A stretch of 44,817 nucleotides of DNA from the NCBI GenBank assembly GCA_964647745.1, contig CAZYJG010000001.1, forward strand, positions 1 to 44,817, in the 5' to 3' direction. Shown piece after piece: positions 8,751 to 18,883 of the stretch. This DNA comes from an uncultured Piscirickettsiaceae bacterium. Its GTDB lineage: Bacteria > Pseudomonadota > Gammaproteobacteria > GCF-002020875. Every line of letters starts with the position of its first letter. Within the stretch, counting starts at the first letter, position 1. Both the position numbers and the translations under genes were made by a program. The notes under the pieces are model-generated. The model did no database searches. It saw only the letters and a program-made list of their open reading frames with translations, and was not told where the DNA came from.

Positions 8751-10130
8751 ATGTTTGAGAATCTAACCGATCGACTGAATCGAACCCTAAAGACACTGAA
8801 GGGGCAGGGGCGCCTGACCGAGGAGAATATCAGTCAGGCCCTGCGTGATGTACGGATGGCCCTGCTTGAGGCAGATGTTGCGCTGCCTGTTGTGAAGTCA
8901 TTTGTTGACCGTGTCCGTGAGCGTGCGGTTGGTCAGGAGGTCGCTACCAGTCTGACACCAGGTCAGGCGCTGATCAAGATTGTTCAGGCGGAACTGGTGA
9001 CCCTGATGGGGGAGGCCAGTGAGACGCTGGATCTTCGTGCCCAGCCGCCTGCGGTAATCCTGATGGCGGGGTTGCAGGGTGCAGGAAAAACCACCAGTGT
9101 GGCCAAGCTGTCACGCTTCCTTCAGCAGCGCGAATCAAAGAAAGTGATGGTGGCCAGTGTGGATGTCTACCGCCCGGCTGCAATTGAACAGCTGAGGATT
9201 CTGGCCGAAGAGGTGGGTGCCATCTTCTTCCCAAGTGATGCAGCACAGCAGCCAAGGCAGATTGCAGAGGCGGCACTCGATCAGGCCCGCAGACAGTTTG
9301 TCGATGTATTGATTCTTGATACTGCCGGTCGCCTCCATGTGGATGAGGGGATGATGGGGGAGATCAAGGCACTCCATGCTGCAACCAATCCGGTAGAGAC
9401 ACTCTTTGTTGTCGACAGCATGACTGGTCAGGATGCCGCCAATACAGCCAAGGCCTTTGGTGATGCGCTGCCATTGACTGGTGTCATATTGACCAAGGCG
9501 GATGGTGATGCACGCGGGGGTGCTGCGCTCTCCGTACGCCAGATCACCGGCAAGCCAATCAAGTTCCTCGGTATCGGTGAGAAGGTGGATGCACTGGAGC
9601 CCTTCCATCCTGACCGTATCGCCTCAAGAATTCTCGGTATGGGAGATGTCCTCACCCTGATCGAGGATGTGGAGCGCAAGGTCGACAAAAAGAAGGCGGA
9701 CAAACTGGCCAAGAAGGTTCGCAAGGGGAAGGGGTTTGATCTGGAGGACTTTCGTGACCAGCTGCAGCAGATGCAGGGGATGGGCGGTATCGCCTCCATG
9801 ATGGAGAAGCTGCCGGGCATGAGCAATGTCCCGGACAAGGTCAAGAGCCAGGTGAATGACCGAGACTTCATCCGCATGGAGGCAATGATCAACTCGATGA
9901 CCCCAAAGGAGCGGCGTCGTCCGGATCTGATCAAGGGTTCGCGGAAGAGGAGAATCACCCAGGGGTCTGGAACCACAGTTCAGGATCTCAACCGTCTGCT
10001 GAAGCAGTTCAAGCAGATGCAGAAGATGATGAAGAAGATGAAGGGTGGAAAGATGGCCAGGATGATGCAGGGGATGCGTGGCATGCCTGGTGGCGGGATG
10101 CCGGGGCCGGGTGGCAAGATGCCGTTTTAG
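8751..10130 (+). CDS. ffh: Signal recognition particle protein Ffh
   Basis: NG domain with GLQGAGKTT and DTAGR motifs. The Met-rich M domain ends in a KMMKKMKGGKMARMMQGMRGMPGG tail. Confidence 0.97.
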   Translation: MFENLTDRLNRTLKTLKGQGRLTEENISQALRDVRMALLEADVALPVVKSFVDRVRERAVGQEVATSLTPGQALIKIVQAELVTLMGEASETLDLRAQPPAVILMAGLQGAGKTTSVAKLSRFLQQRESKKVMVASVDVYRPAAIEQLRILAEEVGAIFFPSDAAQQPRQIAEAALDQARRQFVDVLILDTAGRLHVDEGMMGEIKALHAATNPVETLFVVDSMTGQDAANTAKAFGDALPLTGVILTKADGDARGGAALSVRQITGKPIKFLGIGEKVDALEPFHPDRIASRILGMGDVLTLIEDVERKVDKKKADKLAKKVRKGKGFDLEDFRDQLQQMQGMGGIASMMEKLPGMSNVPDKVKSQVNDRDFIRMEAMINSMTPKERRRPDLIKGSRKRRITQGSGTTVQDLNRLLKQFKQMQKMMKKMKGGKMARMMQGMRGMPGGGMPGPGGKMPF

Positions 10131-10179
10131 GGGGGAGCACCGTCAGATTTCGGGGGTGATGAAACAGTTGTGTAAAATC

Positions 10180-10208
10180 TTCACTTAAGGGTGCCCATGC
10201 AGTATAAT
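10180..10208 (+). promoter_or_regulatory. Candidate sigma70 promoter of the rpsP-rimM-trmD-rplS operon
   Basis: TTCACT (10180-10185), 17-nt spacer, perfect TATAAT (10203-10208). Sequence match only. Confidence 0.45.
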
Positions 10209-10291
10209 GCGCAGCCAGTAGAGCCGGCTCACATATGTTGATTGGGGTCGGTTTTTTTCATCCGTTTATTTTTGAGAATTGGAAGTAGAAA

Positions 10292-10543
10292 ATGGTAGTC
10301 ATTCGTCTTGCACGTGGTGGTGCAAAAAAGCGTCCCTTTTACCGTATTGTTGCAACAGACAAGAGAAACAGCCGTGATGGCCGTTTTCTTGAGAAGCTGG
10401 GTTACTTCAACCCTGTGGCATCAGGCAATGAGAAGCGTCTGGAGATGGACACAGAGCGCCTGGAGCACTGGGTCTCCAAGGGTGCGCAGCTCTCTGACCG
10501 TGTTGCCAGCCTGGTGAAAGAGAACAGCAAGGCTGCTGCCTGA
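10292..10543 (+). CDS. rpsP: 30S ribosomal protein S16
   Basis: [41 protein letters not shown] is canonical S16. Confidence 0.97.
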   Translation: MVVIRLARGGAKKRPFYRIVATDKRNSRDGRFLEKLGYFNPVASGNEKRLEMDTERLEHWVSKGAQLSDRVASLVKENSKAAA

Positions 10544-10594
10544 TTGACTCTTCGCTTTGCTCATCCCGAGTGAAGCGAACCGCCCTTCATCCAG

Positions 10595-11107
10595 ATGAAG
10601 AAGTCCACTGATTCCCCTGTAGTACTGGGAAGGGTCAGTGGGCTTTTTGGCGTTCGTGGGTGGGTGAAAATCCACTCCTACACCAGCCCGCGAGAGAATA
10701 TTCTCCGTTACAGGCGGTGGCAGCTCTCGTTGAGTGGCCATGATCGCTCCGTGTCACTCAGGCAGGGGCAGCGTCAGGGCAAGGGGGTCATTGCACAGCT
10801 GGAGGGATTTGATGATCGCACAGCGGCTGAGGTGCTGGTTGGTGCGGAGATTCGGGTTGACCGTAGTGAGTTGAGTCCACTAACAGCAAGCGAGTACTAC
10901 TGGATGGACCTGATTGGATGTCAGGTTCTCAATCTTGGGAATGAGCCACTTGGTGAGGTTGTTGATCTGATGGAGACGGGGGCCAATGATGTTCTGGTTG
11001 TGAAGGAGGGGAGGAGTGAACGGCTGATCCCCTTTGTCGATCCCTGGGTGATCTCGGTGGATCTTGAGGGTGAACAGATTCGCGTTGATTGGGACGCTGA
11101 TTTCTAG
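10595..11107 (+). CDS. rimM: Ribosome maturation factor RimM
   Basis: 170 aa with [16 protein letters not shown] and a PRC-barrel-like C-terminus. It holds the conserved position between rpsP and trmD. Confidence 0.92.
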   Translation: MKKSTDSPVVLGRVSGLFGVRGWVKIHSYTSPRENILRYRRWQLSLSGHDRSVSLRQGQRQGKGVIAQLEGFDDRTAAEVLVGAEIRVDRSELSPLTASEYYWMDLIGCQVLNLGNEPLGEVVDLMETGANDVLVVKEGRSERLIPFVDPWVISVDLEGEQIRVDWDADF

Positions 11108-11115
11108 TTCTGCTG

Positions 11116-11817
11116 ATGCGTATTGACCTGATCACCATTTTTCCGGATATCCTCCAGGCAGTGACTGGATACGGCGTGACCAGTCGCGCGGTTGAGCGTG
11201 GGCTGGTGGAGATCCAGCGCTGGAACCCCAGGGACTTTACCGAGGATCGTCACCGTACAGTTGATGATCGCCCCTATGGCGGTGGTCCCGGGATGGTGAT
11301 GCTCTATGAGCCACTGAAGCGTGCGGTTCAGGAGGCGCGCAGAAGCCAGGCAGCACAGGGAATCAGCCCCCACCTGATCTACCTATCGCCGCAAGGGGCG
11401 CCGCTCACCCAGGAAAGGGTGGAGGAGCTCAGTCGAATGGATGGGCTTATGCTGCTTGCTGGGCGATATGAGGGGATCGATGAGCGTCTGGTCGAGTCTG
11501 AGGTCGATGAGGAGATCTCGATCGGTGACTACATTGTCAGTGGTGGTGAGCTGCCGGCAATGGTCCTGATGGATGCGGTTATTCGTCTCCTCCCCGGTGC
11601 ACTGGGCCATGCAGACTCGGCATCGGAGGACTCATTCTCAAATGGGGTGCTGGATTGCCCTCACTACAGCCGCCCGGAGGAGATTGATGGTATGGTTGTA
11701 CCCGGGGTTCTGTTGAGTGGAGACCATCAGGCAATTGCCGAGTGGAGAAGAGCGCAGGGGGTGCTGCGTACCAGGGCGCGCAGGCCCGACTTGATGCCGA
11801 ACCGGGATGAAAAATAA
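11116..11817 (+). CDS. trmD: tRNA (guanine37-N1)-methyltransferase TrmD
   Basis: [11 protein letters not shown]..., SPQG, and [22 protein letters not shown] (SPOUT knot region). Confidence 0.96.
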   Translation: MRIDLITIFPDILQAVTGYGVTSRAVERGLVEIQRWNPRDFTEDRHRTVDDRPYGGGPGMVMLYEPLKRAVQEARRSQAAQGISPHLIYLSPQGAPLTQERVEELSRMDGLMLLAGRYEGIDERLVESEVDEEISIGDYIVSGGELPAMVLMDAVIRLLPGALGHADSASEDSFSNGVLDCPHYSRPEEIDGMVVPGVLLSGDHQAIAEWRRAQGVLRTRARRPDLMPNRDEK

Positions 11818-11916
11818 TCTTGGTGAAACCCCAAATTTTGGGTGAAAAATTTAGAAAAAACAGTATAATTCCCCGCTTCAAAAGCCATGTGGTTGGTTGA
11901 TCAGAGAGATTTAGTG

Positions 11917-12261
11917 ATGAGCAATATTATTCAAGAATTGGAAGCGGAGCAGATGGGCCGCGAGGTACCTGAGTTTAGCCCTGGTGATACTGTGGTTGTT
12001 CAGGTGAAGGTAAAAGAGGGTAACCGTGAGCGTCTGCAGGCCTTTGAGGGGCTCTGCATTGCGAAGAAGAATCGTGGGTTGAACTCCTCGTTTACAGTTC
12101 GCAAGATGTCCTATGGTGAGGGTGTGGAGCGTGTTTTCCAGACCTACAGCCCCCTGGTTGACAGCATTAATGTCAAGCGTCGCGGTGTGGTCAGACAGGC
12201 CAAGCTCTACTACATGCGTGAGCGCACAGGCAAGGCGGCACGTATCAGAGAGAAGATCTGA
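11917..12261 (+). CDS. rplS: 50S ribosomal protein L19
   Basis: [13 protein letters not shown]...[26 protein letters not shown] is present. I chose the ATG at 11917 over the ORF-track start at 11887. Confidence 0.95.
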   Translation: MSNIIQELEAEQMGREVPEFSPGDTVVVQVKVKEGNRERLQAFEGLCIAKKNRGLNSSFTVRKMSYGEGVERVFQTYSPLVDSINVKRRGVVRQAKLYYMRERTGKAARIREKI

Positions 12262-12301
12262 ACACTCTAACTCTAGTGCTGAGAACAGAGTTGCAAACAG
12301 G

Positions 12302-12329
12302 GCGGGTCACTTTGTGATCCGCTTTTTTT
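12302..12329 (+). terminator. Intrinsic terminator after rplS
   Basis: 9-bp stem GCGGGTCAC/GTGATCCGC (one G-U pair), loop TTT, then a T7 run at 12323-12329. Confidence 0.8.
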
Positions 12330-12338
12330 GTGGGCGAA

Positions 12339-13235
12339 ATGGCTGAAGAGGGTGTAGAGATCGAGCGTTTCCTGGATGCGCTCTGGATGGAGAGAGGGCT
12401 GAGCGAGAATACGCTGGCCGCCTACCGCAGTGACCTCAGCCACTATGCAGCGTGGCTGCGTCAGCAGTCGGGGAAGCGGATCACTGCTGCCGACCGGGGG
12501 GCGCTGCTCCACTACCTCTCCCACCTGACTACCGAGGGGCGTCACCCACGGACTGTCGCCAGGGTCTTGAGTTCGCTGCGCAGTTTCTATCACCATCTGT
12601 TAAGTGAGGGGGTGCGCAGTGATGATCCCACTGCCCGGGTCGACTCCCCCAGGGTGGGAAGGGCGCTTCCGGAAACCCTTACGGAGGATGAGGTTGAGCG
12701 ACTGCTTGACTCTCCTGAGGTTATCTCTCACATCGGCTTGAGGGATCGTGCCATGATAGAGATGATGTATGGGGGCGGTTTTCGGGTCTCTGAACTGGTC
12801 AAGCTGCGCATTGATGCGCTCAATCTGCGTCAGGGGGTTGTCAGGGTGGTTGGGAAGGGGAGAAAGGAGCGTCTGGTCCCGCTGGGAGGTGAGGCGCTGC
12901 ACTGGGTTGATCGTTACCTGGGGGAGGGGCGCCCGGAGCTGATGCAGGGGCGGAGCTCAGATGCCCTCTTTGTTACCGCACGTGGGACCGGAATGACGCG
13001 TCAGGCCTTCTGGTTCCGGCTCAAGAAGTATGGGCAGGCGTCAGGGATTGTTACCCCTTTCTCTCCCCATACCCTGCGCCACGCCTTTGCGACACATCTT
13101 CTGAACCATGGCGCCGATCTGCGCTCCGTGCAGATGCTGCTGGGGCACAGTGATCTCTCAACCACCCAGATCTACACCCATGTGGCGCGCGAAAGATTAA
13201 AGAATATACATCAGAAACATCACCCAAGAGGCTAA
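12339..13235 (+). CDS. xerD: Site-specific tyrosine recombinase XerD
   Basis: RFLDALWMERGLSENTLAAYRSDL at the N-terminus; catalytic region HTLRHAFATHLLNHGADLRSVQMLLGHSDLSTTQIYTH. ATG 12339 is preferred; GTG 12330 is possible. Confidence 0.93.
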   Translation: MAEEGVEIERFLDALWMERGLSENTLAAYRSDLSHYAAWLRQQSGKRITAADRGALLHYLSHLTTEGRHPRTVARVLSSLRSFYHHLLSEGVRSDDPTARVDSPRVGRALPETLTEDEVERLLDSPEVISHIGLRDRAMIEMMYGGGFRVSELVKLRIDALNLRQGVVRVVGKGRKERLVPLGGEALHWVDRYLGEGRPELMQGRSSDALFVTARGTGMTRQAFWFRLKKYGQASGIVTPFSPHTLRHAFATHLLNHGADLRSVQMLLGHSDLSTTQIYTHVARERLKNIHQKHHPRG

Positions 13236-13240
13236 TAACA

Positions 13241-13972
13241 ATGAAACTATCATATTCTATTCTGATCAATGCCATGCTCTTTGTGCTCTCCGCCTTGAGC
13301 CCGAATCTCCTCCATGCAGAGGGTGGAATACCGGAGGCCGTTACAGCCCGCCTGCACACCATGGTTCCTGGCACCCTGCCGGATGAGGTAGCTGCAACCC
13401 CGGTTCCAGGGCTCTACGAGGCCCGTTTCGGAACCACCATTCTCTATCTCTCTGCCGATGGCCGCTATCTGATCGATGGTGAGGTGCTTGATCTGAAAAG
13501 CAGGAAAAATCTGACCGATGGTCGTATTGCAATCGCACGGGTGGAGATTCTGGAGCGCCTGGATGAGTCGGAGATGGTGGTCTATACACCGCAGCAGACC
13601 AGGCGAACATTAACCATCTTTACCGATATCGACTGTCCCTACTGTGTTCGCCTCCATGAGGAGCGTGAGGCACTGCTGGATGCCGGCATCAAGCTACGCT
13701 ATCTGCTCTATCCACGTGCCGGCTTCAACTCCCCCTCCTACCACAAGGCGGTGACTGTCTGGTGCTCCGAGGATCGTGCAGAGGCGATGACCCTGGCCAA
13801 GGCTGGCGTGGAGCTGGAGCAGCAGCGTTGCGAGAACCCCGTGCTGGAGCAGATTCGGCTCGCCTCCTCATTTGGCCTCAAGGGGACGCCCCATATTGTG
13901 GTGGATAGTGGTGAGGTGATCAGTGGCTATATGCCCGCTGCCAACCTGATCCGCAAGCTGGGGATTGAGTAG
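13241..13972 (+). CDS. dsbC: Thiol:disulfide interchange protein DsbC
   Basis: Signal peptide, dimerisation domain, thioredoxin fold with DCPYC active site. The xerD-dsbC adjacency is common. Confidence 0.9.
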   Translation: MKLSYSILINAMLFVLSALSPNLLHAEGGIPEAVTARLHTMVPGTLPDEVAATPVPGLYEARFGTTILYLSADGRYLIDGEVLDLKSRKNLTDGRIAIARVEILERLDESEMVVYTPQQTRRTLTIFTDIDCPYCVRLHEEREALLDAGIKLRYLLYPRAGFNSPSYHKAVTVWCSEDRAEAMTLAKAGVELEQQRCENPVLEQIRLASSFGLKGTPHIVVDSGEVISGYMPAANLIRKLGIE

Positions 13973-14017
13973 TTATAACGCACTGCATAAGCAGTGGCAG
14001 TCCTGAACTACAATCGT

Positions 14018-14039
14018 CTGCGGCCTTTCATGGCCGCAG
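14018..14039. terminator. Hairpin between convergent dsbC and mutS (possible terminator, no U-tract)
   Basis: 8-bp stem CTGCGGCC/GGCCGCAG, loop TTTCAT. No T-run follows on either strand, so the terminator role is uncertain. Confidence 0.35.
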
Positions 14040-14136
14040 TCGTGCGATACCATCCTACAAAGCTCCGCTTTGTGGTGGTCCAGAGACATGATCTGCCCGA
14101 GTGTGCTGTAGCCAGGAGCTGCCATTACCTATGCAA

Positions 14137-16698
14137 CTATTGATGCCTTAGTTCTTCCTTCAGGCGGTAGAGTGCATCCAGTGCCTCGCGCGGGGTCATC
14201 TGGTCCAGATTCATCCCGCTGAGCTGCTCCTCAACTGCAGAGTGGTTGAAGAGTGGCATCTGCGGCTCCATCTCAGTTCGATGTGATGATGTGGACTCTC
14301 CGGTCTGCTCCTGCTCCAGCTCAACCAGTTTTCTGCGTGCCTCACCAATAACCGCTTTTGGAATCCCGGCAAGGGCAGCCACCTGCAGTCCGTAACTCTG
14401 GTTGGCCGGCCCCGAACGGACGGCATGGAGGAAGACGATTCCATCGCCATGCTCTGCTGCATCAAGATGGACATTGGCCGCCTCCGGTATCCTCTCCGGT
14501 AGCGCAGTCAACTCAAAGTAGTGGGTGGCAAACAGGGTCAGTGCCCCCTGTTTGCGGATCAGCTGTTCGGCGCAGGCCCCTGCCAGCGAGAGTCCATCAT
14601 AGGTGCTGGTTCCACGACCAATCTCATCCATCAATACCAGGCTGCGATAGGTTGCATTGTGGAGAATGTTTGCAGTCTCTGTCATCTCCACCATAAAGGT
14701 GGATCGTCCTCCGGCCAGATCATCAGAGGCGCCGATGCGGGTGAAGATTCGGTCCACCATGCCAACCGTTGCGGTACTGGCAGGGACAAAACTGCCAATG
14801 TGGGCAAGCAGGACAATCAGTGCATTCTGCCGCATGAAGGTGCTCTTTCCACCCATGTTTGGCCCTGTGATAATCCACATCCTGGTGGATTCGTCGAGGT
14901 TCAGATCATTGGCCACAAAAGGGGTATCGGAGACCCGCTCCACAACGGGGTGTCGTCCCCCGGTTACCGATAGAATGCTCTCCTCAACCAGCTGAGGGCG
15001 CACCCAGTCCAGTCTCTCCGCCCGCTCTGCGAGGTTGGCGATGACATCAAGCTCGGCAATTGCAGCACTGCTCTGCATCAGCGGGGATAACTCCTCAAGC
15101 AGCTGCTGGATCAGCTCATCATAGAGTGCCTTCTCACGGCTCAGTGCGCGCTCATTGGCGGAGAGTACCCTGTCCTCAAACTCCTTCAGTTCCGGGGTGA
15201 TAAAGCGCTCTGCCGCCTTCAGGGTCTGGCGGCGCACATACTCAACGGGAATCTCCCCACTCTGTGCCTTGCCGATCTCGATGTAGTAGCCATGTACCCG
15301 GTTGTATCCCACCTTGAGGGTGGCGATGCCGGTACGCTCCCGCTCGCGCTGTTCCAGCTGCTGCAGCAGTTCACCCGCGTTTTTACGGATTGATCGCAGC
15401 TCATCCAGCTCATCATCATATCCCTCGGCAATGACACCCCCATCACGTATCACCATGGGCGGGTTCTCAATGATGGCCTGTTGCAGCAGCTGCTCTGTTT
15501 CCGGAAAGGTGGAGATGGTCCCGGCCAGATGCTCCAGTGTCCTGCTCTGCTCCACTGCAAGCGCCCGCTGCAGTTCTGGAAGCACGGCGAGTGAATCTCT
15601 CAGGCGGGCCAGATCCCGGGGGCGGGCGCTCTGCAGTGCAATGCGGGAGAGGATGCGCTCCACATCCCCAATGGCACGCAGCAGTGGACGTATGGAGTCA
15701 TGAAGTCGTTGCTGCAGGATGGATTCGATGGAGAGCAGGCGCTGCTCCAGGGTTGTTCGACGTTGAATCGGGTTTCCCAGCCAGCGGCGCAACATTCGCC
15801 CCCCCATCGCGGTACAGGTGTGGTCCACCACCTCTGCCAATGTATTGCTATCACCTCCACCAAGATTGGTGAGAATCTCCAGGTTTCTTCGGCTTGCTGC
15901 ATCGATGGTTACACTCTCCTCCTGTCGCAGGACCTGGAGTCCATCGATATGGGGGAGGGCGGAGCGCTGGGTATGCTGAACATACTGGAGCAGTGCCCCG
16001 GCAGCCTCTACCCCCAGGGTGAGCCCATCACAGCCAAACCCGGAGAGATCCCGTGTCCCAAACTGGCGCGCCAGTTCACGCTGTGCCGTATCCAGATCAA
16101 AATTCCACTCCGGCTGAGGGCGCAGACCGCGCTGTCCATCGAGTTGGGTATCCAGGGAGGAGGCCTCCCGGAAGAGAATCTCCGATGGTTGAATCCGTTC
16201 GATCTCCCCCAGCAGGAGTGTGATCCCCTCAATCTCCATGATCTGAAAACGGCCCGAGGCCAGTGACAGCAGGGCGATCCCGTACTGTTCTCCACGCTCC
16301 TGAATGGAGACCAGCAGGCTCTCTCTGTGATCATCGATCAGTGCCTCATCGGTCAGCGTCCCGGGAGTGATGATGCGCACCACCTGACGCTCTACCGGAC
16401 CCTTGCTGGTTGCGGGGTCACCGGTCTGCTCGCAGATGGCGACCGATTCACCCAGCCGGACCAGACGAGCCAGATACTGGTCTGCAGCATGGTAGGGGAT
16501 TCCCGCCATCGGTATCGGCTCCCCGGCAGACTTGCCGCGTGCGGTCAGGGTGATGTCAAGCAGTTCGGCAGCCTTCCTGGCATCTTCGTAAAAGAGTTCA
16601 TAGAAATCCCCCATACGGTAGAAGAGCAGGGTGTCTGGATGCTCCGCCTTGATGCGGAGATATTGCTGCATGACTGGGGTATGATTGGGGATGCTCAT
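14137..16698 (-). CDS. mutS: DNA mismatch repair protein MutS
   Basis: 853 aa. [31 protein letters not shown], Walker [10 protein letters not shown] and [12 protein letters not shown] are present. Confidence 0.98.
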   Translation of the reverse strand: MSIPNHTPVMQQYLRIKAEHPDTLLFYRMGDFYELFYEDARKAAELLDITLTARGKSAGEPIPMAGIPYHAADQYLARLVRLGESVAICEQTGDPATSKGPVERQVVRIITPGTLTDEALIDDHRESLLVSIQERGEQYGIALLSLASGRFQIMEIEGITLLLGEIERIQPSEILFREASSLDTQLDGQRGLRPQPEWNFDLDTAQRELARQFGTRDLSGFGCDGLTLGVEAAGALLQYVQHTQRSALPHIDGLQVLRQEESVTIDAASRRNLEILTNLGGGDSNTLAEVVDHTCTAMGGRMLRRWLGNPIQRRTTLEQRLLSIESILQQRLHDSIRPLLRAIGDVERILSRIALQSARPRDLARLRDSLAVLPELQRALAVEQSRTLEHLAGTISTFPETEQLLQQAIIENPPMVIRDGGVIAEGYDDELDELRSIRKNAGELLQQLEQRERERTGIATLKVGYNRVHGYYIEIGKAQSGEIPVEYVRRQTLKAAERFITPELKEFEDRVLSANERALSREKALYDELIQQLLEELSPLMQSSAAIAELDVIANLAERAERLDWVRPQLVEESILSVTGGRHPVVERVSDTPFVANDLNLDESTRMWIITGPNMGGKSTFMRQNALIVLLAHIGSFVPASTATVGMVDRIFTRIGASDDLAGGRSTFMVEMTETANILHNATYRSLVLMDEIGRGTSTYDGLSLAGACAEQLIRKQGALTLFATHYFELTALPERIPEAANVHLDAAEHGDGIVFLHAVRSGPANQSYGLQVAALAGIPKAVIGEARRKLVELEQEQTGESTSSHRTEMEPQMPLFNHSAVEEQLSGMNLDQMTPREALDALYRLKEELRHQ

Positions 16699-16721
16699 AA
16701 GAGCTGGTTAGTGTACCGGGA

Positions 16722-17252
16722 TTGGGAGTGGTTTTGAATAACAGCAACAACAGAGCTGAGATCGAAGAGACGATTCTGGAATTGTCAGAACAACTTCGGA
16801 GTAGGGGCTGGCGCGTGGCGACAGCAGAGTCCTGTACCGGGGGAGGGATTGCCAAGGTATTGACCGATCTCCCTGGCAGTACGGCCTGGTTTGAGCGTGG
16901 CTTTGTCACCTACTCGAATGAGTCCAAGATGGAGATGCTGGGGGTGTCGAAAGTGACCCTGCAAAAGCACGGTGCGGTCAGTGAGGCGACGGTTCGAGAG
17001 ATGGTGGAAGGTGCCCTGGAGAGAAGCCGTGCAGAGGTTGCTGTTGCAGTCAGTGGCATTGCCGGTCCCGATGGTGGGAGCAGTGAGAAGCCGGTTGGTC
17101 TGGTCTGGTTTGGCTGGCAGGGGGGCGATGGCCCTCCCATCTGTGAGAAACGGCTCTTCTCCGGTGACCGCAGGGCGGTGCGGAAGCAGGCCGTTCTGGC
17201 TGCACTGGAGGGGTTGATCAGGGTTGTGACAGAGCCGGATGCAGCAGGATAG
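16722..17252 (+). CDS. pncC: CinA C-terminal-domain protein / nicotinamide-nucleotide amidohydrolase PncC
   Basis: ATAESCTGGGIAKVLTDLPGS...VSGIAGPDGG is the CinA/PncC signature, upstream of recA as in E. coli. The start is uncertain (TTG 16722, GTG 16728 or TTG 16734). Confidence 0.88.
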   Translation: MGVVLNNSNNRAEIEETILELSEQLRSRGWRVATAESCTGGGIAKVLTDLPGSTAWFERGFVTYSNESKMEMLGVSKVTLQKHGAVSEATVREMVEGALERSRAEVAVAVSGIAGPDGGSSEKPVGLVWFGWQGGDGPPICEKRLFSGDRRAVRKQAVLAALEGLIRVVTEPDAAG

Positions 17253-17793
17253 CGACGCCAGCCACAGACTCTTCTTTGCGCTGGAGCCGCCCGATCCCGT
17301 TCGCAACAGGATCAATGCGATTGCAGAGGCGTGTGCCGAACTCAACAGGGGAAGAGGGGTTCCTACCTCCAATCTTCACCTGACCCTGCGCTTTCTTGGT
17401 GCACAGCCACTCTCCCTGATTGAACAGATAAAGCAGGCAGTCACTGCACTGCAGGCGGAACCATTCACGCTCACCCTGGACACCTTTGGACACTGGAGCA
17501 GGCCCCGTGCCCTCTGGATCGGCCCCCAGATCACCCCGGTCCCCCTGCTTGCGCTGCATGCAGGGCTGGAGACGGTGCTGGAGAGGGGGTGCGGGATTGG
17601 CAGGAATCCCGTTGCATACCGTCCACATGTGACACTGATGCGCAAGGTGAGGGAGGTGGAGGATCTGCCCGGGATCTCCCTGCTCGAGTGGCATGTCGAC
17701 TCATTCTCGCTGATGGAGTCGCTCTCAACCCCGGAAGGTGTTCGCTATCAAACTGTTTCAAGGTGGAAATTAGCCACCAAAACGGTTGGGTGA
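17239..17793 (+). CDS. thpR: RNA 2',3'-cyclic phosphodiesterase (2H family, ThpR/LigT)
   Basis: Two HxT motifs (HLTLRF and HVTLMR) with the spacing typical of 2H phosphoesterases, and an RLFFAL N-terminus. Overlaps the pncC stop by 14 nt. Confidence 0.85.
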   Translation: MQQDSDASHRLFFALEPPDPVRNRINAIAEACAELNRGRGVPTSNLHLTLRFLGAQPLSLIEQIKQAVTALQAEPFTLTLDTFGHWSRPRALWIGPQITPVPLLALHAGLETVLERGCGIGRNPVAYRPHVTLMRKVREVEDLPGISLLEWHVDSFSLMESLSTPEGVRYQTVSRWKLATKTVG

Positions 17794-17815
17794 GCTTTCC
17801 CTTTTATGGGATAAT
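17786..17815 (+). promoter_or_regulatory. Candidate extended -10 promoter of recA
   Basis: TTGGGT (17786-17791), 18-nt spacer, TGgGATAAT (17807-17815). The predicted TSS falls near 17822. Sequence match only. Confidence 0.4.
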
Positions 17816-17851
17816 TTCAAGCTGTTACACAGCTAAATAGACACCATTGAG

Positions 17852-18883
17852 ATGAGTGATAACCGACAGAGAGCACTGCAGGCAGCCCTGAGCCAGATTG
17901 AGCGTCAGTTTGGCAAGGGCTCCGTGATGCGCATGGGGGATGACAACGCCCAGCGCGACATTGATGCCGTCTCAACCGGCTCCCTCGGGCTCGATATCGC
18001 CCTCGGTATTGGTGGCCTCCCACGTGGCCGTGTGGTTGAGATCTACGGCCCTGAATCCTCAGGCAAGACCACACTCACCCTCCATGCGGTGGCCGAGATG
18101 CAGAAGCTGGGTGGAACCGCCGCCTTTATCGATGCCGAGCATGCACTCGACCCCATCTATGCAGAGAAGGTGGGGGTCAATATCGATAACCTGCTGGTCT
18201 CCCAGCCCGATACCGGAGAGCAGGCGCTGGAGATTGCCGACATGCTGGTCCGCTCCAGTGCGGTCGATATCATCGTCATCGACTCGGTAGCCGCCCTCAC
18301 CCCAAAGGCAGAGCTGGAGGGGGACATGGGAGACAGCCACGTGGGGCTGCAGGCGCGACTGATGTCCCAGGCCCTGAGAAAACTGACAGCCAACATCAAG
18401 CGCTCCAACACCCTGGTGATCTTCATCAACCAGATCCGGATGAAGATCGGTGTCATGTTTGGCAGCCCCGAGACCACCACCGGTGGCAACGCCCTGAAAT
18501 TCTACTCCTCGGTCCGTCTCGATATCCGCCGTATTGGTGCAATCAAGAAGGGGGACGAGATCCTCGGCAACGACACCCGTGTCAAGGTGGTGAAGAACAA
18601 GGTGGCCCCGCCATTCAAGCAGGTCACCTTTGACATCCTCTATGGAGAGGGGATCTCCCGTGAGGGGGAGATCATCGACCTTGGGGTACAGGAGGGGATC
18701 GTACAGAAGTCGGGGGCCTGGTACAGCTACGGCAGTGAGCGTATTGGTCAGGGCAAGGACAATGTGCGCCAGTTCCTGAAGGAGAACCCGGAGATGGCGA
18801 GAGAGATTGAGCAGCAGATCCGGGAGCGACTGCTGCCAAACCGCTCTTCCGAGCGGCATGCAACGAATGACGGCAGAGGGTAG
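17852..18883 (+). CDS. recA: Recombinase RecA
   Basis: 343 aa. [23 protein letters not shown], Walker [11 protein letters not shown] and the L1/L2 regions are present. No intein. Confidence 0.99.
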   Translation: MSDNRQRALQAALSQIERQFGKGSVMRMGDDNAQRDIDAVSTGSLGLDIALGIGGLPRGRVVEIYGPESSGKTTLTLHAVAEMQKLGGTAAFIDAEHALDPIYAEKVGVNIDNLLVSQPDTGEQALEIADMLVRSSAVDIIVIDSVAALTPKAELEGDMGDSHVGLQARLMSQALRKLTANIKRSNTLVIFINQIRMKIGVMFGSPETTTGGNALKFYSSVRLDIRRIGAIKKGDEILGNDTRVKVVKNKVAPPFKQVTFDILYGEGISREGEIIDLGVQEGIVQKSGAWYSYGSERIGQGKDNVRQFLKENPEMAREIEQQIRERLLPNRSSERHATNDGRG

